From: Hormiphora californensis
Lineage: Eukaryota; Animalia; Ctenophora
Length of the DNA: 64,000 nt
Direction of reading: 5' to 3'
Assembly (NCBI GenBank): GCA_020137815.1
Contig: CM035357.1
Coordinates: 1,798,001 to 1,862,000, forward strand
A program made the translations under genes and the position numbers. Below the pieces are notes generated by a model. That model saw only the letters and a program-made list of their open reading frames with translations. It was not told the origin of the DNA and did no database searches. Shown here in pieces: positions 53,896-64,000 of the stretch (positions are counted from its first letter, which is position 1; every line of letters begins with the position of its first letter).

Positions 53896-55328
53896 ATGAC
53901 GATGGTGTATTGCAAGTTGAGGGCTGCTGATGGACTCAGGGAGATCCTGAGACGGCGCTGTCTCTTCAGATCTCTCTCAGTCAGTGCTCAGAACTCCGGA
54001 CCAGCACAACCTGCTCAACCAAGACAAACAGCAGCTAAATCGTTAGGTAATTGGACAATGACTTAAACAAAGCGTACTTCAAAATCAAAATGAAACGGTA
54101 GAATATGGGAATCATCTTTAAAAACAGTTTCGTCCTTGCAGGTAAAAAGTCGGTAACTTTATACGAGAGGGACGACCCTTCGAGGAAGTTTTTCTTTAGA
54201 ATGTTCTTTATTCCCGCCCCTCTGGCCCTTTTACCAAAGGTAATTTCTCTTTCTCACATTATATCATGTCCCCCAAACTCGCCCCGTACTTCTTTTTTTT
54301 CATGATACACTTGATTGATGCCATTATTTCGTTACATTTATTTCCTCCACATTATCAATCACTCCATGACTTCCCTGGTGAACCTGCTGTTTCTACTTCT
54401 GCTCTTTATCTCCATCGGTATCTACTATACCTCTTTCTCTGTCCCATCTCTAGACTCTACCCCCACTACTCCCCCAGTCCGTTCATCGGTCTCTACCCCT
54501 TACATGGCTCCCCATCTCTACCCCACTACTCCCTCAGTTTATTCCCTGGTACTATGACATTATTAATGTGACAATGTCAAAGAGTGGAGCGGGACTGTTC
54601 TGGTTCACCTTCGGAACGCCCTTTCTTGTGTACGCTGGGCTCTATGCGTTTACAGTTATCAGCGCACTTAGGTACATTTTGTGAGGAAAAGTAAATGAGA
54701 TTGCTGTACTAAGTCTAAGATAAAAAACGATTATAATTTATAGGTATAGCACGCTATAGCGGTAGTAGTACTTTAAATGTCGGTATATCTTACGAAACTG
54801 GTTTATTATTAGCTTCTTGAATTGAAGGTTTACTCTTTCTTAGGTCACCCCGAAAGGTTGAGCTAGTCAAGACGCCAGAGGAGGGTTTGAGATTGCGGAT
54901 GCATGTCATGTCCTGGCCAGGAAGGTTGACTACAAAAGATCTGGATCCAGGCGCCATGTTCCTCGCTGTGGACAACAAAAGTAAGTTGTGTCTTGAGAGC
55001 CGCACAAAATTAAGTTGTGACAAAGCGGCCCGGCTCGGACAAAGTATTATAATTCATTGATCCAATTAGTATCTTTGAGTGGGCAGCTTTTTGTATCCTC
55101 GCTCTAGCGTCGTTAGCCGTTTCCACTTCTCGTCATGATAAAGCAGTTCGTATTTTGGTCGGAGTTCATTGAATTACCACTCTCTCTCCTTCAGAAATCT
55201 GCAGTCTGGGACACAATCTTCTTTTTTGGAACTACACGTGGGATAAGAAGTATGGGAAGATAAAAAATGCCCACATTCTGACCAAGATAGTTGGCTCGGA
55301 GCCAAGGAACAAGAAAAAGGGCGAATAA
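53896..55328 (+). CDS. TMEM223/70/186-family protein (paralog B), 5 exons
   Basis: Presequence (LRRRCLFRSLSVS), VTLYERD, two hydrophobic segments, RSPRKVEL, WDKKYGKIKNAHILTKIVG. Confidence 0.65.
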
Positions 55329-55487
55329 AACAATCAGCTCTGTGTACGAACTTTTGGGGTTTTTCGATTTGTTATGTAAATTATTGACTTTCATATTCAT
55401 TCGACATGCAAAATGCAGTATTAAAGAATGTTAACGGAAGGACAAGGTACCAAAATATAAAATTCTAACGACCCATCTTCCCCAGTC

Positions 55488-56994
55488 ATGATTTGTCTCC
55501 GAGTTCTCCGGGAATCATCCTATCGTGTTGCAGGCCATTTCACCCGTCGCTTGCTCTCCTCTGAGGCCTACCACAAGGCGAACAGAGTGACACTTTACAC
55601 AGTGTCGTGTGACCTCGGTCGGTGGTATTCTGTTATAGGGATTTGTGCCACTGGAGTCGCTGCATCAGGGATTGTGATTGGTCAAAAGCTCATATCATGT
55701 TAGTACGATATAACAATGTGCAAAAGCTGTCTGGCGGCGCCCACCCGATCTGAGCGCACTTTCACACAATTTGAAAAACAAAACGGCTTAGGCGGCGCCA
55801 GACAGCAGAAAAATATGTACAGTCGGACCCCGATTTAACGGCACCCTCGGGGGAAAGGATTTTGTCCGTTAAATCGGGGTGTCCGCTAAATCGGGGTCAA
55901 ATAATGTTAATTTTCCAAATCGGGGGAAGATTATGCTGCCGTTAAATCGGGGTGCCGCTAAATCGGGGGCCGTTAAATCGGGGTCCGACTGTACTTGGAA
56001 TCACATTTTTATTTTCATATTCTACATTTCTATCGCCAACACGTATCTCCCAGTGTATGATACTGGTGACGTGAGACTCCGTTGGGGATTTATTGGAGTT
56101 GCCACTGTGGCCATCGTAATGCTGAACATCATGGCTAGAAGGTACGAACTAGTCATCAATATCATTTTCAAAAGATAATGACTCATCATCTTTTAAAGAT
56201 GATAGTAATCACATAATCATGTGTCGATGTCCCTCCTGCGCTGTACTCTCTCGTCATTTCGTGCACGCTACGTCTTTTGTTAGGGATGGGGATGTTCGGG
56301 ATGGGGGCGTACGTGCCTTGCCCAACACTTGGTGGCGCCGTCACCTCTCTTACAACGGGCGAGTTGTAAGGGTGACCGTGTCACCAAGCCCAACACTAAC
56401 ACGGTCGCTTGTAGTGGGAAAACGGTAATGGAAAACGAAAGATACAGTAAGACGACGCGCAACCGTGACCAATCAGGGAGCTAGTACGTGCTGACACATG
56501 AACTTTTTGCCACACGTTATGCACCGTGCGCGGCTCCTTACTGTATTTTCATTACGGTAATTTGACTACAAGCAGCACTGTAACAATTTAATTATCCCGC
56601 AGGTTAGTGTTAAGTCTACACTACAGCAAATCAAGGCAGATGCTGCAGCTGCGAAGATTGGGGGTTCTGGGATTCAACAACGTTAGAGAAATGAAACCGG
56701 GGACAGCTAAAATTGTATTTAACTCAAAAAGTAAGTCACATTATACTGCAAAGTTGTGGAATTGTATATGTATGCTTACACTCCGTCTTTTATATTGACC
56801 CGTTCGTCTTCCACACAACTTAGCCTGTTACTTCCACAAAATGTTTTGTATTTAAATTCCTCCTTTCAGGTAACCAATTGGAAGTGTCACACGAATCTCT
56901 GGGTAGCTCTCCAAGTATAATATTTGTGAACTGGGGTACTGTTGAGAACGAACAAGCTTATCATAAACTGTTTGCTATTGTGGACGAGAAGTGA
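55488..56994 (+). CDS. TMEM223/70/186-family protein (paralog C), 4 exons
   Basis: Presequence (FTRRLLSS), VTLYT, two hydrophobic segments with LRWG, RRLVLSLHY...LQL, WGTVENEQAYHKLF. Confidence 0.65.
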
Positions 56995-57142
56995 AAATTA
57001 GGGATTTTGTATACTTTTGTGTGAGTTGAAATATGATTCGAGCTTTTGGTGATTTTGCAATTTGCAAGAAAATTTTTACCCCAATTTTTTCATGTCATTG
57101 TTTTAATAATCTCCACTCTAGCTCCTATATATTTTACAGCCC

Positions 57143-58310
57143 ATGTCAAAAAGAAAGCAGCCCGCCAGATCAGCCAAATCCAATGGCACTGTCAATGAAG
57201 TGCTCGAGATGGACGCTAAAGAGGTTGAATCTGTTGTCCCGAGGCCCTTTATAAAAACTGAACCCATCATAGTTAACCTCCCAATGGTGAAAATGGAACC
57301 GTTAGATGGGGGATTTCTGGACAGCTCCTTTTCTCGGATGATATGCCGTTGTGAATGGTGCGGACATCAAAACATGGGACCTCGGGGTGTGGAGATAGCC
57401 GTCCAAACTGAGCCAACTATAACTCTTGAAGAGGAAACCCAGACCGTGAAAGTGGCTGCTGATTTGGAGTTCTTAGAAAGGCCCTCAGACGTTGAAATCA
57501 TAGATGAGAAGCCCCAAATTGAGAATTCAGAAAAGCCGCCAGAAGTTAACTACAGTGAAGAAATGCCAGAGATTTGCGATGGTGAAGAAGAAAAGCCAGT
57601 GATTGAGGAATTGAATTCTAAAACTTCTGAGATAATCTTACCTCTGGCACCTCCATCCTTCCCACAAAAAGGTAATAACGGTCAAGAAGTATTTCAAATT
57701 AGTTGTGTGTGTGTGTTTTATTTTCCTCTTCTTTCGTAACACTGTTTTATTTTCAGGGAAAGTCAATGTGCGTTTCTCAGGGAAAGACTCTCAGAAGAAA
57801 GCCAACTTGATCCAGGAAAAGAAGAATGTGGTCCAAAAGAAGGAGAATGTGATCCAGAAGGAGAGTGTGATCCAGGAAAAGAAGAATGTGCTACCATCTA
57901 CAAAACGGATCAGGAGCCACCAGGACTGCGCTACTAAAGCCAAGCAAGGGAATGAGATATCCTGTTCCTCCTCGAGTTATATAAATCCTGTGGGGAAACA
58001 TAGAGAGAACTACCGTATAGATGTGCTCGTGCCTTGTGCTGTTGCACCACCCCCGCGCCCCCCAACAATACAACTCGTGCCAAGAAGGAGGGTCTCTGAT
58101 GATGGAAGGATCCACAAATGTGATGAGTGTGGAGCGAGATTTGCTTACCCGAGTACCTTGGTTTATCATAAGAAGATCCATACGGGGGAACGAGGTGAAT
58201 CAGAATACGAGAGCAGGAATAATTGGAGAAAGAGAAAGAAAAATGAAAGAGAGATGAGTAAGACAGAAAGAAATCAGAGAACTTATTCCCAACAGACTGA
58301 GTACATGTGA
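57143..58310 (+). CDS. Protein with one C2H2 zinc finger; exons 57143-57671 and 57757-58310
   Basis: HKCDECGARFAYPSTLVYHKKIHTGER; IKTEP and VKMEP SUMO-type motifs; in-frame GT-AG intron; 3' end uncertain. Confidence 0.75.
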
Positions 58311-58545
58311 AGAACCACAGTTATCATAAACCGTTTTTAAATCCTGTTTCTATCAAATCATGTTTTATAATCATTATTGACATTGTATTAAATCCAAGTA
58401 CATTATATTTCTATTTTACATTAATTTATTCAATTTCCTGTCCGAATTTGTTGATGTCAACCATGGTCCAGCTGTAGACCTAAAGAATCTATCTATCTAG
58501 AATCTAGAAGAATCTAGTATACATAATATATGATTTCTAGATCAC

Positions 58546-60895
58546 ATGTTACAAAACCTGATAGTTCGTTACCGGAATATCCTTCAATCACGATGTCATA
58601 ACCTCTCCATTGTTCCAGCAAGACGGTGGTTGTCTAGCACTACAAAACAAGGTAGACAATAATTCCTCTAACTATAAATACCATTTCTAGCTATGATGAT
58701 TTTTGTCATATACCCCTTTTTGTCATATACCCCTTTTTGTCATATACCCCTTTTTGTCATATACCCCTTTCTTCCAATTCGTAATATATACCTAGTCTCT
58801 GCCTTAACTAAAACCAAGATTACTTCCCCAATAACTAAATACTGTTTACTACTACTGCTACCAAGATTACTTCCCCAATAACTAAATACTGTTTACTTCC
58901 ACAATATAACTTTACTACTACTGCAGGGGTTTCCAAATATGGTATTGTGGTGTACGATAATGGGGGAAGTCTAAACCAGGCCAGAATGGCTCGCATCGGG
59001 GCTCTCTTTATGGTCTTTACTACACCCATCTGTCTGATTGCTGGATATGTTGATACTATTTTGAGTAATCCAAATGAAGAGGATCCTTCTATGAAGGTTA
59101 GTGTTGCTAGGTGACATGGTGGTGTTGTGTTGCTTTGCGGGTCTGAGTTGAACTGAATACTCCGAGTTAGCTATATAAAATCAAAGCAAGCTCTACCACA
59201 ATATGTTTCAAAATGTGTTTCAATATCATCGTGTTTCAGGAAATGATGAGGTGGACACTCATCACTCTTACCCTGACAACTGTTGCCGTGAAGTTTAGTC
59301 AGAATACCTGTAGGAAGACACTTACAACCCTCTACTTCAACAAAGCTGAGGGAAAGATCTATCTGGATGCGTTTAGGGGCTGGTTTTGTAAGCCTAAAAT
59401 GTATGGCCCCTACACTCCCTCTATTGGTTAGTTTGTAAACCTAAACTGTATGGCCCCTATTCTCCCTCTATTGGTTAGTTTGTAAACCTAAACTGTATGG
59501 CCCCTACTCTCCCTCTATTGGTTAGTTTGTAAACCTAAAATGTATGGCCCCTACTCTCCCTCTATTGGTTAGTTTGTAAACCTAAAATGTATGGCCCCTA
59601 CTCTCCCTCTATTGGTTAGTTTGTAAACCTAAAATGTATGGCCCCTACTCTCCCTCTATTGGTTAGTTTGTAAACCTAAAATGTATGGCCCCTACTCTCC
59701 CTCTATTGGTTAGTTTGTAAACCTAAACTGTATGGCCCCTACACTCCCTCTATTGGTTAGTTTGTAAACCTAAAATGTATGGCCCCTACACTCCTTCTAT
59801 TGGTTAGTTTGTAAATCTAAAATGTATGGCCCCTACTCTCCCTCTATTGGTTAGTTTGTAAACCTAAAATGTATGGCCCCTACACTCCTTCTATTGGTTA
59901 GTTTGTAAACCTAAAATGTATGGCCCCTACTCTCCCTCTATTGGTTAGTTTGTAAACCTAAAATGTATGGCCCCTACTCTCCCTCTATTGGTTAGTTTGT
60001 AAACCTAAAATGTATGGCCCCTACTCTCCCTCTATTGGTTAGTTTGTAAACCTAAAATGTATGGCCCCTACTCTCCCTCTATTGGTTAGTTTGTAAATCT
60101 AAACTGTATGGCCCCTACACTCCCTCTATTGGTTAGTTTGTAAACCTAAAATGTATGGCCCCTACTCTCCCTCTATTGGTTAGTTTGTAAACCTAAAATG
60201 TATGGCCCCTACACACCCTCTATTGGTTAGTTTGTAAACCTAAAATGTATGGCCCCTACTATCCCTTGTTGTTGGCAATGATCACCAATTTTTTGTCGTG
60301 ATAAATTATGTTTCCTCGGTCCCCAGTCCCCTTCCAGTGGATGGCATCCACCACATTCCCATCCATCACATAATTCAGCCGGACCCCCATTTACTGGGTT
60401 GCTCAAGGAAAAGGGTTTTGCCCAGTAAATCTGGGTTCAACTGTATCCACCTCTGATTCTGAATTATTACTTTCTATCTATTTCAGCATACAGAACGTTA
60501 GAAACTCGGAGAGAGGGAAATGGTTTTCGCACTTACAGTAAGTTAAAAACAGAGCCATCTCCAAACAACATTTATGTTATAATCATGTTTTACAAACGTC
60601 AAACAGTTATCTATATAAATCGTTATCAAAACATCAAAAACTTTTTTTTTCAGATCAGCTAATTTTCGAGCCACATGTCATGTCGGCCCGGTTTCTCTCT
60701 CAAGAGGAAGTTTATGAACACAAAATCAATAAAAACATTGAAGTTGAGGCATCGGACATGGGAAACAAGAGCTTTGAAATCAGGGAGGAGTTGATCACGG
60801 AATACACACTGTGGAGAAAGTTGTTCAAGATAAAAGAAGAGGAAAGTAATGATAAGGAGGCCGAGGGGAAGGCTAAGAGAAAGATATATGATTGA
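58546..60895 (+). CDS. TMEM70/186-family protein (paralog D), 5 exons
   Basis: Presequence (ARRWLSS), GIVVYDNGGSL...R, two hydrophobic segments, KTLTTLYFNKAEGKIYL, FRTY...LIFEP. Confidence 0.62.
59386..60262 (+). repeat. 47-nt tandem array of exon end plus donor (18 copies of ctattg|gttagt)
   Basis: Exact 47-nt period from 59421 to 60220. Confidence 0.97.
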
Positions 60896-60949
60896 GGTTT
60901 TTCGTACTATTTTGTAAGATATGAATCGAGAGTTTTCAGTCATCAATTT

Positions 60950-63618
60950 TTATCCCAATTCGCCCCCGAACCCCCAAACAGTACCTAATTAGTCCACTGC
61001 TACAGAATACAGACCATCAACCTTTTCCAATTTCCCCCAACAATCGCACCACAACTCTGCAATTTAAGAGTCCAAACTCTCTACACTTCTTGGGTCTCAA
61101 AAACACTCCACTCACACTTCTTGTGTCTCGAAAACACTCCACTCACACTTCTTGGGTCTCAAAAACACTCCACTCATTCACACTTCTTGGGTCTCAAAAA
61201 CACTCCACTCACACTTCTTGGGTCTCAAAAACACTCCACTCACACTTCTTGGGTCTCAAAAACACTCCATTCACACTTCTTGGGTCTCGAAAACACTCCA
61301 CTCACTAGCACCTTGGTAGTATGCTGCGAAGTTGCTGGGAGGATCCGGTCTAACACTCCACTCCTCCTCTATAGAGCTATTCTCGTCAAACAATACCACC
61401 TCCCCTGGTAGATAGTCCGCCCTGAACATGGGAAGAATGGTTTAGAATGTACATTGTGCGAAGTATGGTTTAGAATGTACAACGTGCGATGGTTTACATC
61501 TGTATCTGATAAGAGGTTGTCTATTTTGGATATTTGTCACTGCTCTGGATATATATCCTAGTAGTCCTTCACTAAGTACTGATCGATCAGTAGTGAAGGA
61601 TTATGATGTAAATCTTATGATTGGTATCCAAATTACACGATTAAAGAATGATCAACTCACGTTACAGTTCCTGCGTGAACTCCGGCCCCATCATCATCAT
61701 CATCCCCCTGGCTAGCTCCACTGACTGCTATCTCCATACTCCCGAAATCTTTACTCCGGATCAGTGCCGCTTTAGCAGCCCTCACCCCTGCCATCACCAC
61801 ACCGTGCTCTATCTTGGTTGGTGGTTGTTTGTCTCCATGGTAACCATGTTTGTCTCCATGGTAACCATGTTTGTCTCCATGGTAACCATGTTTGTCTCCA
61901 TGGTAACCGTGTGGTGGCAGGTTAGGTAGAGCTATCGCTTCCTCGTAGTGGTTTGTTTCTTTCCTTCGGAAGGTCCCTACCCCGGGCGACCCAGCTGATC
62001 CTATCTCCATCTTGGCAGCCCTAATTCTCATCCTCACAAAGAGTCCGGCTACCATGGCAACCACTGCGACAGAAAACAGTCCAAACATTCCACAGATCAG
62101 TGTGTTTTGTTGGCAGTACCCACAGTCGTCACCGGTACAGGGTGGCTCCGTGTCACCTGCCACAATGGCGTTGGAATTACCGTCTGATCCGCTGGTGTCG
62201 TTGTGACCTGTACCATGACACTCGGTGTAGGTTTCTCCCCCACACTCCAGGATGACGCTGGGAAGAGGACGATAGTGTTATTACAGTTGGACCCCGATTT
62301 ACCGGGGGGGGGGGGCTGACACTGGGAAGAGGGGAGAGTGTTATTACAGTTGGACCCCGACCCGGGGGGTAGTAAACAGGAGTGTTAATAGTAGTACTAA
62401 AAGTAAAAAGTTACTCTTACCCCCCACACTCCAGGATGACGCTGGGAAGAGGGGAGAGTGTTATTACAGTTGGACCCCGATTTACCGGGATCCTCGGGGG
62501 AAGCCATTTTGTAAATCGGGGGGTAGTAAACTGGAGTCTGGCAATTATTGTTGATCACCTCAAAGAAACTAAAATAAAAAGTTACTCTTACCGACATCCT
62601 TCCAATCCCTCTCCTAATTGTGACCATCCACACACTTCAATTGAAACACTTTCCTCGATACCTAGAGGTTTAGTTGTTGAAATTAGAAAATATCGTTCGG
62701 CCAATCACTATCATGGGCCTCAAAGGGTTAAAGCAATAAAACAAACGATGCAAATTGTAGGGAAAAGCCATCAGTGATGGACTGGTTTTCCCTAAAATTT
62801 GATGGTCCATCATATTATCCTGATAATTACCGTCGCAGGTACAGCTGTAATGACCATCATCCTCCTTTGATGCAGATTGAATCCACAGAGAACCGTTCTT
62901 CAGTATCTCCTAAAGATGATCACATTTACAAGGTTCAAACTGATTATCCATACTGTACCCGGCGCCATTCCGGGGATAAAAACGGAACGAAAGTTTCTAC
63001 CTCAAAGGCGATAAAGATATAAAATGTTGTTCTTAAAACTGAATCGATCTTACTGCAAAGGATGGTCGTGTTTTCCATTCAATGTCTCCCCTACAACCCT
63101 CCCCGCACGAAACCAGGGTCTGGTAACCCTCCGGGACGTAGACCGTGGTTTTTAGGTCTGAGACCACCTTTAGGATTTTAACCACTTTCTTCGCTATAGA
63201 GATAATATCGTAATGTTATTTCTTAAAGTGCCTGGGTAAAACACTAAGGAAAAACAGTCGGACCTCAATTTACCGGGATACACGGGGGAAGGCCGTTTCA
63301 CCCGGTAAATCGAGATCAGGCTGTGTCGCTAAAAATGATTTCGCTGGCACTAGTGGAGATCCTAAACCTATACAATCCCCTTCAGGAACCGACCGAATCA
63401 GGAAATACTGGTCCCTGATTGGCTGATAACCAGTCACGTGACCTAAATAACGAGTTCTGATTGGCTGTTTACTTGTTTCGGTCGGTTCCCTAGTCCCCTT
63501 ATATTTGGTATGATATTACTAAGCTTGTCATCTACCTACCTCCACAGCTGCAGCTATATTCCCCGTCGTCGGACCTTGTCAGCGCTTCAATCAGCAATGA
63601 TCTATCTGATTGTTGAAC
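60950..63618 (-). CDS. Ig-domain single-pass membrane protein, 3' part; 5' end lies beyond the window
   Basis: Exons SLLIEALTRSDDGEYSC; VYVPEGYQTLVSC...IEW; ILKNGSLWIQSASKEDDGHYSC; TM segment LICGMFGLFSVAVVAMVAGLFV then RMRIR; last exon tentative. Confidence 0.75.
61080..61306 (-). repeat. About 7 copies of a 31-nt unit starting with the donor gtgagt
   Basis: Plus strand cactccactcacacttcttgggtctcaaaaa abuts the exon end at about 61306. Confidence 0.9.
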
Positions 63619-64000
63619 CTGTGAGAGATTTCATCTTTTGTACAATTTAGGGTTAGTGTCAGAGTGGTAGACATTCATCCCAGTGTTTAGTTATAATAGC
63701 CGGTACAACACCATCCCTATCCTAATCATGCATGTCTCATAAACTGTTGGCCAATCCAATTTTCACTTTTCAGTTATCGGAATGTTTTCAGATAACTACA
63801 CAATATATTATGTAGTTGTCGGTTGGTAGAAACGCTGTAAGGCCAATGCTCTGACGGCTGACCACAGTTCTCGGGCGAGAGAAATGAGAATAGGGTCAGG
63901 CCAATGCTCTGACAATAAAACGCAGATCTGTCAGATTGGGATAAATTGAAAACTTACTGCTGACGGTGGGATAAATTGAAAACTTACTGGTGACGGTAGT

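Noticed and set aside
59386-60262. CRISPR-like regular array
   Set aside because: Units are contiguous with no unique spacers, there are no cas genes, and the unit is a copy of the adjacent exon end

Overview
Gene-dense, intron-rich eukaryotic (animal) DNA. No prokaryotic features. The compact layout and repeat families resemble a ctenophore, but that is an impression I cannot verify. I could reconstruct about 19 protein-coding genes by hand: DAD1, CCDC12, PEX11, BCAP31, PLEKHF2, RFT1, a GH20 hexosaminidase, HSD17B12-like, NUDT2, TMEM276-like, ADCK5, SRRD, KDELC/POGLUT2, NOP16, a C2H2 protein, four TMEM70/186/223-family genes and a partial Ig-domain membrane protein. There are also two LINE RT fragments, several MITE families and large fold-back elements. 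Three things stand out. (1) Three co-directional clusters have spacers mostly of 135-600 bp, and nearly every ATG sits just behind an unpaired 3' splice acceptor, the layout expected for SL trans-spliced operons. One cluster holds four divergent TMEM70/186/223-like genes. (2) Tandem arrays built from the gene's own processing signals (donors, acceptors, branch points, start and stop codons) occur in most multi-exon genes, and one such duplication creates an in-frame 21-nt micro-exon and a new intron. (3) Transposons sit at or beside splice sites, including a MITE inserted inside a GT donor. Exon boundaries were read by eye and gene names come from remembered motifs, not database searches.
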